64,000 nucleotides of DNA, from NCBI GenBank assembly GCA_038231435.1, contig JBBRLJ010000004.1:1-64000 (forward strand), read 5' to 3'. This DNA is from Planctomycetota bacterium. GTDB taxonomy: Bacteria > Planctomycetota > UBA11346. Each line of letters starts with the position of its first letter. Positions within the stretch are counted from its first letter, which is position 1. Below are positions 39,497 through 48,743 of the stretch, in pieces. A program made the translations under genes and the position numbers. The notes beneath the pieces were generated by a model. That model was given only the letters and a program-made list of their open reading frames with translations, was not told the DNA's origin and ran no database searches.

Positions 39497-40147
39497 ATGA
39501 CGGACACGACCCGCACCATGCGTCGGCGGCGGCGCCGCACCGTCGATCTCGGCAGCGACATCGCCAGTCGCCCCGATTCCCTGACTCCCCCCACCGCCGC
39601 CAACATCATCCCCGCCGCCGCAGGGACTGACGCGCCGCCGACGAGCACCGCTAGGATCGTGCGCGTCGAGGATCTGGTGCTCCGCCATTGGCGTGATTTC
39701 TTTTGTCGATTCCGCGAGGACGAGCACGACCAGGAGCAGATCGAATACCGAGAGCTCGCGGCCCCGGTGCAGAAGCGCCTGGATCTGTTGCCCTTCAAGC
39801 AGCGCCCCGACCATTCTCTGATGATCGATATGATGGAGCTGCTGCTCGAGCTCGAACGCTCGCGGTTCCTCGATCTGAGCAAGCGCATCGACGATATCTC
39901 GCTCCAGTGCGACCAGCTGAAGTTCCACGCGCATACCGCGACGCTGGTGAAGACCCATCAGGTCGACGAGATCGAGCGCTGCGCCAAGGGCCTGGTGCGC
40001 GCGCTGAAAGGTGCGCGCATGCCCGAGAGCTCGGCGCGCCAAGTGCAGGAGATCCTCGCGCTCCTGAAGAAGCTGGTCGAGAGCACCGCCTCGCACCGCA
40101 AGACCCCCACGTCGATCGCCAACAGGCGCCCGACGCCGACCGCCTAG
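39497..40147 (+). CDS. Hypothetical protein (helical)
   Basis: 216-aa ORF with plausible composition. No recognised motif. Confidence 0.6.
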   Translation: MTDTTRTMRRRRRRTVDLGSDIASRPDSLTPPTAANIIPAAAGTDAPPTSTARIVRVEDLVLRHWRDFFCRFREDEHDQEQIEYRELAAPVQKRLDLLPFKQRPDHSLMIDMMELLLELERSRFLDLSKRIDDISLQCDQLKFHAHTATLVKTHQVDEIERCAKGLVRALKGARMPESSARQVQEILALLKKLVESTASHRKTPTSIANRRPTPTA

Positions 40148-40176
40148 CTACCGCCGCCGTCGCAGAGGACCTCGCC

Positions 40177-40449
40177 ATGTTGCAGTTCCGCACCCACGAG
40201 AAGAACCTCTTCGGCCAGCCGCGTTCATGGGCTGCCCCTTCGGGCGATGGCCACTACGTGATCGAGAAATCGCCGGTATCCGACGTGTTCCAACCGCGCT
40301 ACCAGGGCCGCGAGGGCAAGCCCCGTCCGCTCAACGGCGGCGCGTGGATCCCCAGCTTCGAGCGCGCGAAACAGGCATGCGAGAAGGACTCGCAGGACAG
40401 CCTGCGCCAGCGCATCGTCGCCAAAGTCCGGGTCCGTAGTGGTCGCTGA
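40177..40449 (+). CDS. Hypothetical small protein
   Basis: GAGG RBS then ATG 40177. MLQFRTHEKNLFGQ...SFERAKQACE. Confidence 0.6.
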   Translation: MLQFRTHEKNLFGQPRSWAAPSGDGHYVIEKSPVSDVFQPRYQGREGKPRPLNGGAWIPSFERAKQACEKDSQDSLRQRIVAKVRVRSGR

Positions 40450-40499
40450 GATGGACACCTGGATGCGCTTGGCGCTCTAGCCGACACCCGGGCCGGCGC

Positions 40500-41504
40500 T
40501 CAGGCCGGGGGCGACTCGAGCGAGCTGAGCCAGTCGATGAGCGGGGTATCCGCGTTCTCGAGCAGCACGCCGCAGCGGTCGGCGTAGAGATCGGCGTTGT
40601 CGAACAGCTGGAATACCAGGGGCGCGACGCGATAGAACGGGCTGGTGGGATCCGACTCGCGGGCCACCAGCGCGAAGGCCTGGTCCTTGAAGCCCTTGTA
40701 GATGTCCGAACCCATGCCGCGATCGGAGCCGATCGCCGAGGCGAACATGATCGGCGGCACCGGCAGGCCAGGAGCCGCAGAGGCGAAATCTCCGATCCAG
40801 GTGAGCAGATTCGGCTCGCCAACGACCTGATCGCTGGGCACCACCTTCTTCTGCGCCAGGAACAGCGTCAGCGCGCGTGCGAGCGAACCGAGGTAGCCGT
40901 CGATGAGCGCGGGCGACGGAGCCTCGTACCACGAGTTTTCAGGCAGTGCCTGGCCCGAGAAGATCGCGCGCAGCTCCTCATCGAGCTCGAGGACCATCCC
41001 CCCGAGCTTGAAACGAGGGCCGGTGCGCGAGAAGCGCTGGACCTTCTCCTTGGTCATGGCGTCGTAGAGGGTGAGGCTGAGTTCGCAGTTCAGCCCGTCC
41101 TCGGCCAGGGTGCCGGTGACGACATAGCCGATGCCGGCCGTGCCGAGGTCCCACACTTCCTCCTCGGACATCTCCTTGTCGAGCATCGCCGGGCCGGAGC
41201 CCTTGACCGCCGGGATCATCGCCACGGGCCGGAGCCCGGAGCGGAACCAGCACGATTCGGCGAGGAACAGCGGCACCGCGCGTGAGAATCGTCCGCGATC
41301 GTCCTCGGGCTGCGGTCCCGCATTCGCGGCAGGACAGCTCAACGGCGTAAAGGCGATCAGCTTGGCGCGGGTATCGTGCGTGGGCAGCAGCCATGCGGCG
41401 TTGCGCAGGCCGTAGAACCAGACCGGCTTGTTCAGCGAGATGTAGGTAACGTCCGTGGAGTCGCCCGATGCGACCTGGTCCGCGGACACATCGTCTGGAT
41501 CCAT
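40500..41504 (-). CDS. Conserved-looking hypothetical protein
   Basis: About 334 aa with globular composition (PVWFYGL..A.WLLP, GRFSRAVPLFLAE). Start uncertain. Confidence 0.65.
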   Translation of the reverse strand: MDPDDVSADQVASGDSTDVTYISLNKPVWFYGLRNAAWLLPTHDTRAKLIAFTPLSCPAANAGPQPEDDRGRFSRAVPLFLAESCWFRSGLRPVAMIPAVKGSGPAMLDKEMSEEEVWDLGTAGIGYVVTGTLAEDGLNCELSLTLYDAMTKEKVQRFSRTGPRFKLGGMVLELDEELRAIFSGQALPENSWYEAPSPALIDGYLGSLARALTLFLAQKKVVPSDQVVGEPNLLTWIGDFASAAPGLPVPPIMFASAIGSDRGMGSDIYKGFKDQAFALVARESDPTSPFYRVAPLVFQLFDNADLYADRCGVLLENADTPLIDWLSSLESPPA

Positions 41505-41779
41505 GCGGCCCCGAGTGTGCATGCCGACCCAGGCGTATCTAGCTGGTTTCCGTCCGAAGGAGCAGTGCACAAAGCAATTGCAACGATTTGAAAAACCGGC
41601 GACGAGGCGTTCACACGCCAGGCTCGGCGGTTGGAGTGTCGCGATCACGCCTGCACGTGATCGCGGCCACGCGCGCAGGCGGACTGGATCGCGGATCCAT
41701 GAGCGTTGCATTCATCGTCGCCAGGCACTGACGCTGTATCACTGACTGTTCCATATGTTTCATATGCTTCATTTGCGTT

Positions 41780-42502
41780 ATGGTCCTGCCGATGGATCGT
41801 CGGGAAACCGCACGGAAGAACCCTGTGTCTCCAGTTCCATTCCTACCAGACCTGCGTTGGCGGATGCCGCCCGATGTGCGCATCGCCTTCAGCCAGGCGG
41901 CGGATGGCGACCAACGCCTGCCGGCGCGTCGCGGCGCCTGGATCGTCAGTCTCGGGATCTCACGATTGGCGGTGCCGCGGCAAGTGCACGGCACCGTCAT
42001 CGTCGACGCTGGCGCCTCGGCCGCCGAGCTCGATCGCGCCGACGGCCTGGTGAGCGACGATCCCCGCCTGGCTCTCGGAGTCTTCGGCGCCGATTGCCCA
42101 GGCTTGTGCATCGCCGCTCCGGATGCGCTCGGTGTCGCCCACTGCGGCTGGCGCGGCGTCGCTGCAGGGATCGTCACTCGGCTCGTCGATGCGCTCGCCG
42201 CGCGCTCCGCGCATCCACGGTCGCGCTGGCACGCTTTCATCGGTCCCGGCATCCGCGGTCCGGCCTATGAAGTCGACGCGCCGGTGCTCGCGGCGCGGGC
42301 GTGGCCGATCGCGGCGCTGGCACCGCGCGCGAATGGGCGCGCCTCGCTCGATCTGCCCACCGCCATCATCGCAGACCTCGCCCACGCGGGCATCGCGCAT
42401 GCGACTGCCAGCGGCCGCTGCACCCACGAGGACTCGCGCCTGCACAGCTACCGATGGGACGGCCCGGGCATCACGCAGCTGCTGGTGGCGTGGAGGAGCT
42501 GA
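41780..42502 (+). CDS. pgeF: YfiH/PgeF-family (laccase-domain, purine nucleoside phosphorylase-like) protein
   Basis: QVHG, ADG, GADC, AHCGWRG, IGP.I...YEV, CT...SYR. Start uncertain. Confidence 0.85.
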   Translation: MVLPMDRRETARKNPVSPVPFLPDLRWRMPPDVRIAFSQAADGDQRLPARRGAWIVSLGISRLAVPRQVHGTVIVDAGASAAELDRADGLVSDDPRLALGVFGADCPGLCIAAPDALGVAHCGWRGVAAGIVTRLVDALAARSAHPRSRWHAFIGPGIRGPAYEVDAPVLAARAWPIAALAPRANGRASLDLPTAIIADLAHAGIAHATASGRCTHEDSRLHSYRWDGPGITQLLVAWRS

Positions 42503-44616
42503 TGTCGACGCCTCGGCAGCTGCGTGGACCTAGCGCTCGCGATGGCGCGCCGCCGCGGGCCTTGGCGTTCTCGAGCGACGCGGTGCCCGAGCACACGCTC
42601 AGCGTGGCGAGCTTCACCGGCTGCGACGCGATCTCGGCGCTCTCCGCCTACGACCTCGATCTGATGTCCACCCGCGACGATCTCGATCTCGCCGCGCTGC
42701 TGCAAGCCGACGCATGGCTCGGCATCACTCGCGGCGTGATCCGGGACGGCGGACGCATCGACGACGCTGGCATGCTCAGGATCCACGGGGTGCTCGCGCG
42801 CATCGAGCAGCTCGATCGCGGCGGCGGGTGGACGCGCTACCGTGCCACCCTGGTTCCCAAGCTGTGGCGCGCGACGCTCGCCAGTGGCAGCCGGGTGTTC
42901 CTGGACAAGACCGTGCCCGAGATGGTCGAGCAGGTGCTGCGCGATGCCGGCCTGCCGAGCGCCGAATACGATTTCAGGCTGTCATCGCGGCGCTATCCGG
43001 CGCGGGAATACACCGTCCAGCATGCCGAGACGGATCTCGCCTTCGCCTCGCGGCTGCTCGAGCACGAAGGCATCTCGTACGCCTTCTCACACCTCGATGA
43101 TCGCTGCGTCGTGGTCTTCGCCGATGCGCCGGACGGCCGTGATCGGCCGCGCGAGAGCCAGCCGTACCGGCGCTCGGCGGCGACCGGGGCCGATGATGCC
43201 GCCGATGATTGGAACCAACGCGAGAGCGTGCGCTCGCTGATCTGCCGCCAGACCCCGGTGCCGGCGGGCATCACGCTGCAGGATCACGACTGGAGGAGCC
43301 CGGATCACGACCTGCGCGCGCGTGCGCAGGTCTCCGACCAGGCGACCCACGGCGCCACCTATCTGTACGGAGAAGCCCACCGCGACGCCGATGCGGGATC
43401 GGCCTACGCGCGCATCCGCGCCGAGGAGATCCGCTGCCGCCAGCGACTCTACGTCGGCGCGTCCGACGTGCGCTCCCTGCGCGCTGGATCCGGACTTGCG
43501 ATCGCGGGCCATCCGCGCCAGGGCGTGGATGGCGACTACCTGATCACTGAGATCCGGCACTCGGGATCGCAGCAGCTCGAACACGGCGGCGGAACCGCAC
43601 TGCGCACGAGCTACGCCAATGAATTCACCTGCATCCCCTTCGACACCATCTTCCGACCCGCGCGCACCACGCCGAAACCGCGGATCCCGGGGACCCTGCA
43701 CGCCGTGATCGATTCGGCCGGCAGCGGCGACTATGCCGAGCTCGACGACGCGGGGCGCTACCGGGTGAAGCTGCCGCTCGATCTCGAGGATCGCGGCGCA
43801 GGCAACGCCTCGCGTCCGGTGCGCATGGCGCAGCCCTACGCCGGTACGGACATGGGCATGCACTTCCCGCTGCACAAAGGCACCCAGGTGCTGCTCACCC
43901 ACGTCAACGGCGATCCGGATCGCCCGATCATCGCGGGAGCGGTGCCCGACGCGTTGACGCCGAGCGTGGTGGCGGGGCGGAACCAGACGCAATGCGTGCT
44001 GCGCAGCGGCGGTGGCAACGAAGTCCGCCTCGAGGACAGCAAGAACGCCGAGATCTTCCAGGTGACCGCGAAGCGCGACCTGGCGCTGGCGATCGGCAAC
44101 GACCGGCGCGAGCAGGTCGGCCAGGACCAGGCGCTGACCGTGAAGCGCGATCGCAAGCTCGACGTCGGCCGGGATCAAGGCGCCTCGATCGATGGCGCCG
44201 CGACGCTGCGCGTCGGCAAGGATTCGACCACCACCATCGCGGGATCGGCGAAACGCCAGGTGGACGGCAAGGATGTCCTCGAGGTCCACGGGCATCGCGT
44301 CCAGGACATCAGGCAGGATCTCAAGGAAATGGTGGGCGGAGCTATGGAGGTGACGGTGGCGAAGCACCTGCGCGAGCGCGTCCACGGCGACCGCGGAGAA
44401 TCCACCGACGGAGCGCGTAGCGCCACCGCGAGATCGATCCTCCTGAACGCCGACGACGAGCTCACCCTGCGCGCCGGAGCTGCGTCGATCACGCTCAAGA
44501 AGGACGGCAGCATCGTCATCTCCGGCAAGGACATCTCGCTGAGATCCGCGGGCATGGTCAAGATCCGCGCCGCCAAGGATGTGGCCATCAAGGGCGCCAA
44601 GGTGGTGGGGAACTGA
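42502..44616 (+). CDS. vgrG: Type VI secretion spike protein VgrG
   Basis: F.G.DAIS, RVFLDKTVPE, REYTVQ..ETD..F..RLLE.EGI, P.IPG, RMAQPYAG...GMHFP, GDPDRP.I, gp5-like C-terminal repeats. Confidence 0.93.
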   Translation: MSTPRQLRGPSARDGAPPRALAFSSDAVPEHTLSVASFTGCDAISALSAYDLDLMSTRDDLDLAALLQADAWLGITRGVIRDGGRIDDAGMLRIHGVLARIEQLDRGGGWTRYRATLVPKLWRATLASGSRVFLDKTVPEMVEQVLRDAGLPSAEYDFRLSSRRYPAREYTVQHAETDLAFASRLLEHEGISYAFSHLDDRCVVVFADAPDGRDRPRESQPYRRSAATGADDAADDWNQRESVRSLICRQTPVPAGITLQDHDWRSPDHDLRARAQVSDQATHGATYLYGEAHRDADAGSAYARIRAEEIRCRQRLYVGASDVRSLRAGSGLAIAGHPRQGVDGDYLITEIRHSGSQQLEHGGGTALRTSYANEFTCIPFDTIFRPARTTPKPRIPGTLHAVIDSAGSGDYAELDDAGRYRVKLPLDLEDRGAGNASRPVRMAQPYAGTDMGMHFPLHKGTQVLLTHVNGDPDRPIIAGAVPDALTPSVVAGRNQTQCVLRSGGGNEVRLEDSKNAEIFQVTAKRDLALAIGNDRREQVGQDQALTVKRDRKLDVGRDQGASIDGAATLRVGKDSTTTIAGSAKRQVDGKDVLEVHGHRVQDIRQDLKEMVGGAMEVTVAKHLRERVHGDRGESTDGARSATARSILLNADDELTLRAGAASITLKKDGSIVISGKDISLRSAGMVKIRAAKDVAIKGAKVVGN

Positions 44617-45581
44617 TGCTGCAGCTGCGCAACGCCACCCCCTACGCGTGCTCGCTGGCGCTGCTGCCCGATCACGAAGCCATCGACTCGCTCGTCGTAG
44701 CGGTCACGGCAACGTGCACGCTCGACGGTGATCTGATCGAGCGTGAAGGCGGCGCGGCTCCGGTCGAGATGTTGTGCGGCCTGCCAAAGCCGGCGACCGA
44801 TGTGCTGCTGTCTGGACATGCGCATGCGCCTGGAGGCCGTGCCGATTCCTGCGTCGTCGAGCTGCGCCTGGGTGGCGTCATCAAGCGCGTGCGCGTGAGT
44901 GGCAACCGGCACTGGCGCAGGCACCTCTTGGGCCTCTGCCTGAGCCCGAGCGCGGCCGAACCGTTCGAACGGCTGCCCCTGACCTGGGAACGCTCCTACG
45001 GCGGGACCGCCACTGGTCGCGACGGGGCAATCACCTGTGACGATCGCAACCCGCTGGGCGTGGGATATGCGCCGGTGGGCGAACGCCCAAGCCCTGGAAC
45101 ACCCCTGCCCAATCTCGAGCACCCGGACGCGCCGATCACCTCGTGGCGGGATAGACCCGCGCCGGCGGGTTTCTCTGCGCTCGAAGCGCACTGGCAACCC
45201 CGCCGTGCCTACGCAGGAACCTACGACGACTCCTGGTGCCAGAGCCGCGCGCCGTTCCTACCGTTGGATTTCGACCGCAGGCATCTGCAGGAGGCGCCGG
45301 TCGACCAGATCGCGACGGGCCATCTGCGCGGCGACGAGACGGGGGAACTGATCAACGCTACGCCGTCTGGCCACGAACGCTTCCGGCTGCCAGGGATCGT
45401 GCTCGGCATCTCCTGCCGGATCGCGGATGCGGCGCATATGCTCATTCCGCAGCTCAACACGGTCGCCATCGATGCGGATCTTCGCCGCATCGAGCTGCTG
45501 TGGCGGGCGGCCCTGCGCTGCGACAAGCGCGCGGCGGACATCGGATCCGTCGACGTCGTCCCGCTCCAGGCAGGAGGCTGA
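44616..45581 (+). CDS. DUF2169 T6SS adaptor/chaperone
   Basis: MLQLRNATP, KPATDVLL.G.A, V.G.R.W, PL.WER.YGG, NP.G.G, PAGF...W.PR..YAGTYD..W, LP.DFD. Confidence 0.9.
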   Translation: MLQLRNATPYACSLALLPDHEAIDSLVVAVTATCTLDGDLIEREGGAAPVEMLCGLPKPATDVLLSGHAHAPGGRADSCVVELRLGGVIKRVRVSGNRHWRRHLLGLCLSPSAAEPFERLPLTWERSYGGTATGRDGAITCDDRNPLGVGYAPVGERPSPGTPLPNLEHPDAPITSWRDRPAPAGFSALEAHWQPRRAYAGTYDDSWCQSRAPFLPLDFDRRHLQEAPVDQIATGHLRGDETGELINATPSGHERFRLPGIVLGISCRIADAAHMLIPQLNTVAIDADLRRIELLWRAALRCDKRAADIGSVDVVPLQAGG

Positions 45582-45582
45582 G

Positions 45583-46344
45583 ATGCAGGTGGGAGAACGC
45601 GCAGAAGCCCTGGTCGACTACTTCGCCGAGGACGCCGACGGCTGCCCGTTCTGCTTCATGCCGCGCCACGATTCCCCTACCGTTGGCGATGCGGCCGCGG
45701 AACCGGTGACCAGCCTGCCAGCCGAGCTCGGCTGCGAGCCGCTGCCGGGAGCTGGCGCGGGCAGGTATGCCACCGCTCGGCACCATCTCATTCCAGCGCT
45801 GCAATGCTTCGCGCGCGTGCCCCGGCTGGTGCGCATGGCGTCAGCGGTCTCGTTCGACATCAACCACCACGGCAACGGCATGGCGCTGCCGACCGTCGCC
45901 GGCCCCTACCTGCTCGATGGCGAGCAGACAGTTTTCGGCGAGTTGCCGGAACAGCGCCAGGTGCTGATCGCGCGTTATTGGATGCGCGAGCTGGGGCTGC
46001 AGTGGCACGACGGGAACGGCCATCTCGACCACCCGCTCGAGGAGCGCGCCCCCACCGACATGGAGGACGAGGGCTCGCTCGACCATCCCGGCTATGATCA
46101 AGTGGTCATCGCACGCCTGGTGCGTGAACTCGTGCTGCTGGCCACCGCGCGCCCATGCGAGGACGATGAGGATCGCAGCCCCGAGATCCGCAAGCGCCTC
46201 GAGGACATCAGCGACGTCGAGATCCGCGGCAGGCTGATGGCCTTCGCCGAACCCCGCGCCAGCCATCCCTTCTTCGTGTCGCGCTCGGCCTGGGCATTCG
46301 CCTGCGAGGCGGCCGCAGGTACCACCTCGGAGGATCCGCCGTGA
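45583..46344 (+). CDS. AHH-family (HNH/EndoVII fold) nuclease toxin, putative T6SS effector
   Basis: GGAGG RBS, ARHHLIP, FDIN...NG..LP, QWH.G.GH. Lies upstream of an immunity-like gene. Confidence 0.75.
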   Translation: MQVGERAEALVDYFAEDADGCPFCFMPRHDSPTVGDAAAEPVTSLPAELGCEPLPGAGAGRYATARHHLIPALQCFARVPRLVRMASAVSFDINHHGNGMALPTVAGPYLLDGEQTVFGELPEQRQVLIARYWMRELGLQWHDGNGHLDHPLEERAPTDMEDEGSLDHPGYDQVVIARLVRELVLLATARPCEDDEDRSPEIRKRLEDISDVEIRGRLMAFAEPRASHPFFVSRSAWAFACEAAAGTTSEDPP

Positions 46345-46913
46345 ACGTCGCCGCCACCGCCTACCACGTGCTCGATCAGGATCTGTGGAGCGATCCGGGC
46401 CCCGCGCTCGGCGAGATCTCGCCGCCGGTGGATATCCTGGACCTGCTGCGCGGACGGAAGCTGGCGCCCTGCGCCGAGCCGCTGCGCATACGCCTGCTGC
46501 CCTCGAGCAGCCTGGTCCTGCCGGACCTGCTGAGTTACCTGCTGCCGCTGGTCACGGATGCCCTGCGTCGCGTCCTCGAACGGGCCGGCGTGGACAACGT
46601 CGACTATCGCCAAGCGGACCTCTTCGATTCGCGCGGCCGCCGCGTCGGCAGCTATTCCCTGGCCAACGTGCTCGGCCTGGTGCGCTGCGTGGATCTCGGG
46701 AGCAGCGATGCGAAGCCCTGGCTCGGAAAAACCGAGAGCCGCGACCTGGGCTCGTTCACCATCGACGCGGCGCGCGCCGATGGTGCGCGGATGTTCCGTC
46801 TCGCCGAGTCCAGCCAACTGCTCCTCGTCGATGGGGAATTGGCTGATGCGCTCGCCTCCGCTCGGCTGCGTGGACTGCGCCTACGCTCGACGGGATCGTA
46901 CGATGGCTACTGA
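46341..46913 (+). CDS. Imm11 (DUF1629)-like immunity protein
   Basis: PD.L...LPLV...LR..LE.AGVDNVDY, Y.LANVLG.V.CVD..SS, MFRLAE...LLV. GTGA-coupled to the toxin gene. Confidence 0.8.
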   Translation: MNVAATAYHVLDQDLWSDPGPALGEISPPVDILDLLRGRKLAPCAEPLRIRLLPSSSLVLPDLLSYLLPLVTDALRRVLERAGVDNVDYRQADLFDSRGRRVGSYSLANVLGLVRCVDLGSSDAKPWLGKTESRDLGSFTIDAARADGARMFRLAESSQLLLVDGELADALASARLRGLRLRSTGSYDGY

Positions 46914-47943
46914 ACGGATGCCCTCCTGCGACGTAGGGGTGCTCGCTGTGGCCATGCGCACACCGGTCGGCGTCGACGCCATCGAGACCTCGTCCTCGGT
47001 CCGCGCGGGAGTGGCGCGATTCGGTGAATGCGCCTGGCTCGACGCCGGCCGGCAGGCAATGGTAGTCGCGAAGGTCGAGGACGGCGCGCAGGAGGAGATC
47101 GCGCAGCGGCATGCGTTGGGATCATCGGCGTGCGAACGACGCCTGCTCCGACTGGCCAGTGGGCCCTTGCGCGAGCTGCGTCACGCCGCGGGCTCGCGGC
47201 GGCCTCGCGCCTTCATCGCCATTCCCGACCGGCTGGGCGATGCTCCGACCCTGCTCACAGAGCTGTGCGGGATCCTCGGACCGGTCGGAGGGTTCGTGCC
47301 AGTGCGTGAAGGCCGCGCTGGCGGACTGTCGGCGGTGGCCGCGGCAGCGCGGGCGATCCGCAATGGAGAGGCCGAGCTCGCCATCGCTGGCGGTGTGGAT
47401 TCGTACATCGATCTGCGCACCCTGGCCGAGCTCGATCGCGAGCGTCGACTGCGCAGCGACGCCAACCGCGATGGCTTCATCCCCGGAGAGGCCGCCGCAT
47501 TCCTGCTGCTCGGGATGAGAGGGGCTGGTACCCCTCTCGCGCTGCTCGGCGCCGATGGAATCGGCCATGAGCCTGGCCACCTCGGCAGCCCCGAACCGTA
47601 TCGCGGCGACGGTCTGAGCGGTACGCTGGCTCGGCTCTTCGAGGCTTCCCCCGCAACGCGCGTACGCGAGTCGTGGTCGACGATGAACGGCGAGTCGCAT
47701 TGGGCCAAGGAGTGGGGAATCGCAGGCATCCGCCATCGACAACGCTTTGTCGACGGCCACGCCCTGCATCATCCCGCCGACTGCCTCGGCGACACCGGAG
47801 CCGCGAGCGGCGCGGTGATCGCAGGTCTCGCGGCGTTGCGCCTGTCGCGCCGCCCAGACATAGGGACAATGCTTCTGCTCGCCTCGGCCGACCATGGGCC
47901 GCGCACCGCGCTGCTCATGCAGCCCGTGGGTGATCCGTCATGA
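46903..47943 (+). CDS. Thiolase/ketosynthase-fold T6SS accessory protein (PRK06147-like, lacks catalytic Cys)
   Basis: M.TPVG, GGVDSY, GFIPGEAAAF, MNGESHWAKEW, HPADCLGDTGAA. GRAGG sits at the position of the KS Cys motif. Confidence 0.85.
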   Translation: MATERMPSCDVGVLAVAMRTPVGVDAIETSSSVRAGVARFGECAWLDAGRQAMVVAKVEDGAQEEIAQRHALGSSACERRLLRLASGPLRELRHAAGSRRPRAFIAIPDRLGDAPTLLTELCGILGPVGGFVPVREGRAGGLSAVAAAARAIRNGEAELAIAGGVDSYIDLRTLAELDRERRLRSDANRDGFIPGEAAAFLLLGMRGAGTPLALLGADGIGHEPGHLGSPEPYRGDGLSGTLARLFEASPATRVRESWSTMNGESHWAKEWGIAGIRHRQRFVDGHALHHPADCLGDTGAASGAVIAGLAALRLSRRPDIGTMLLLASADHGPRTALLMQPVGDPS

Positions 47944-48320
47944 GCCAGACCACCTTCGCGAACGGGCGCGGCATCGTGCACCTCGCCAGCGGCGGCTCGA
48001 GCCTGGTCTATCCAGACGTCTGCAAGACACCCGTGGGATCGGCCCTGGTGCCGATCCCGTACCCGAACCGCGGACGCTGCTCTGACGGTTCGAAGGGCCC
48101 GGTCACGGTGCGCTGCGAAGGACGCATGCCGATGGTGAAGAACGCGATCTACACGCGTTCGAGCGGCGACGAGAAGGGCAAGGGCGGTGGGCTGCTGTCC
48201 TTCGTCAACAAGGGAAGATGCGAATTCATCGTGTATTCGTTCGACGTGAAGTTCGAGAACCGGGGCGTCTGCCGCCTCGGCGACACGCTGTTCCACAACA
48301 AGAAGAACGCCATGGGATGA
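47940..48320 (+). CDS. Stand-alone DUF4150 (PAAR-like/PIPY) spike-tip protein
   Basis: FANGR.IVH..S, PDVCKTP, PIPYPN, S.GDE.G, SFDVK.E...VCR.GD. Confidence 0.92.
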   Translation: MSQTTFANGRGIVHLASGGSSLVYPDVCKTPVGSALVPIPYPNRGRCSDGSKGPVTVRCEGRMPMVKNAIYTRSSGDEKGKGGGLLSFVNKGRCEFIVYSFDVKFENRGVCRLGDTLFHNKKNAMG

Positions 48321-48742
48321 GTCGGCGACATCCGACGCACTCCCCCGGAACGAAGAAGGGCCCCATGAACGATCTGCTTCCTGCTTCCCAACTCTCCAGC
48401 GCGACCGTGCGGCGAATCGACGACGGACGCGTGCTCTGCGATGACGAATGGTGCGATCGACTGCACGGCGCCGATCCGCTGGTGCTCGTCGCCGGAGACG
48501 AGGTGATGGTCTGCCGCCTGCCCGGGCGCCAACGCGGGATCGTGGTCGGCCGCATTGGCGGCGAGACTCGCCCATCGCCCTCGGACACGGTGATCGAAGC
48601 CGCATCCTCGCTCGCGCTGCGCTGCGGCGAGGCCTCGCTCATCATGCGCGCCGACGGCAGGATCCTGATCTCGGGTTCCGACATCGTCTCGCGCGCCAAG
48701 CGGCGCAACCGCATCAAGGGCGGTTCGGTCGCGATCAACTGA
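48317..48742 (+). CDS. DUF6484-like T6SS accessory protein
   Basis: GIVVGRI, VIEA...LALRCGEASL.MRADG.I.I.G..IVSRA...NRIKGGSV.IN. Start 48317 or 48365. Confidence 0.8.
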   Translation: MSRRHPTHSPGTKKGPMNDLLPASQLSSATVRRIDDGRVLCDDEWCDRLHGADPLVLVAGDEVMVCRLPGRQRGIVVGRIGGETRPSPSDTVIEAASSLALRCGEASLIMRADGRILISGSDIVSRAKRRNRIKGGSVAIN

Positions 48743-48743
48743 C

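Noticed and set aside
46903..47943. Ketosynthase suggesting a PKS/fatty-acid cluster
   Set aside because: Lacks the catalytic Cys, has no ACP or AT neighbours, and matches the T6SS-associated thiolase-like accessory context.
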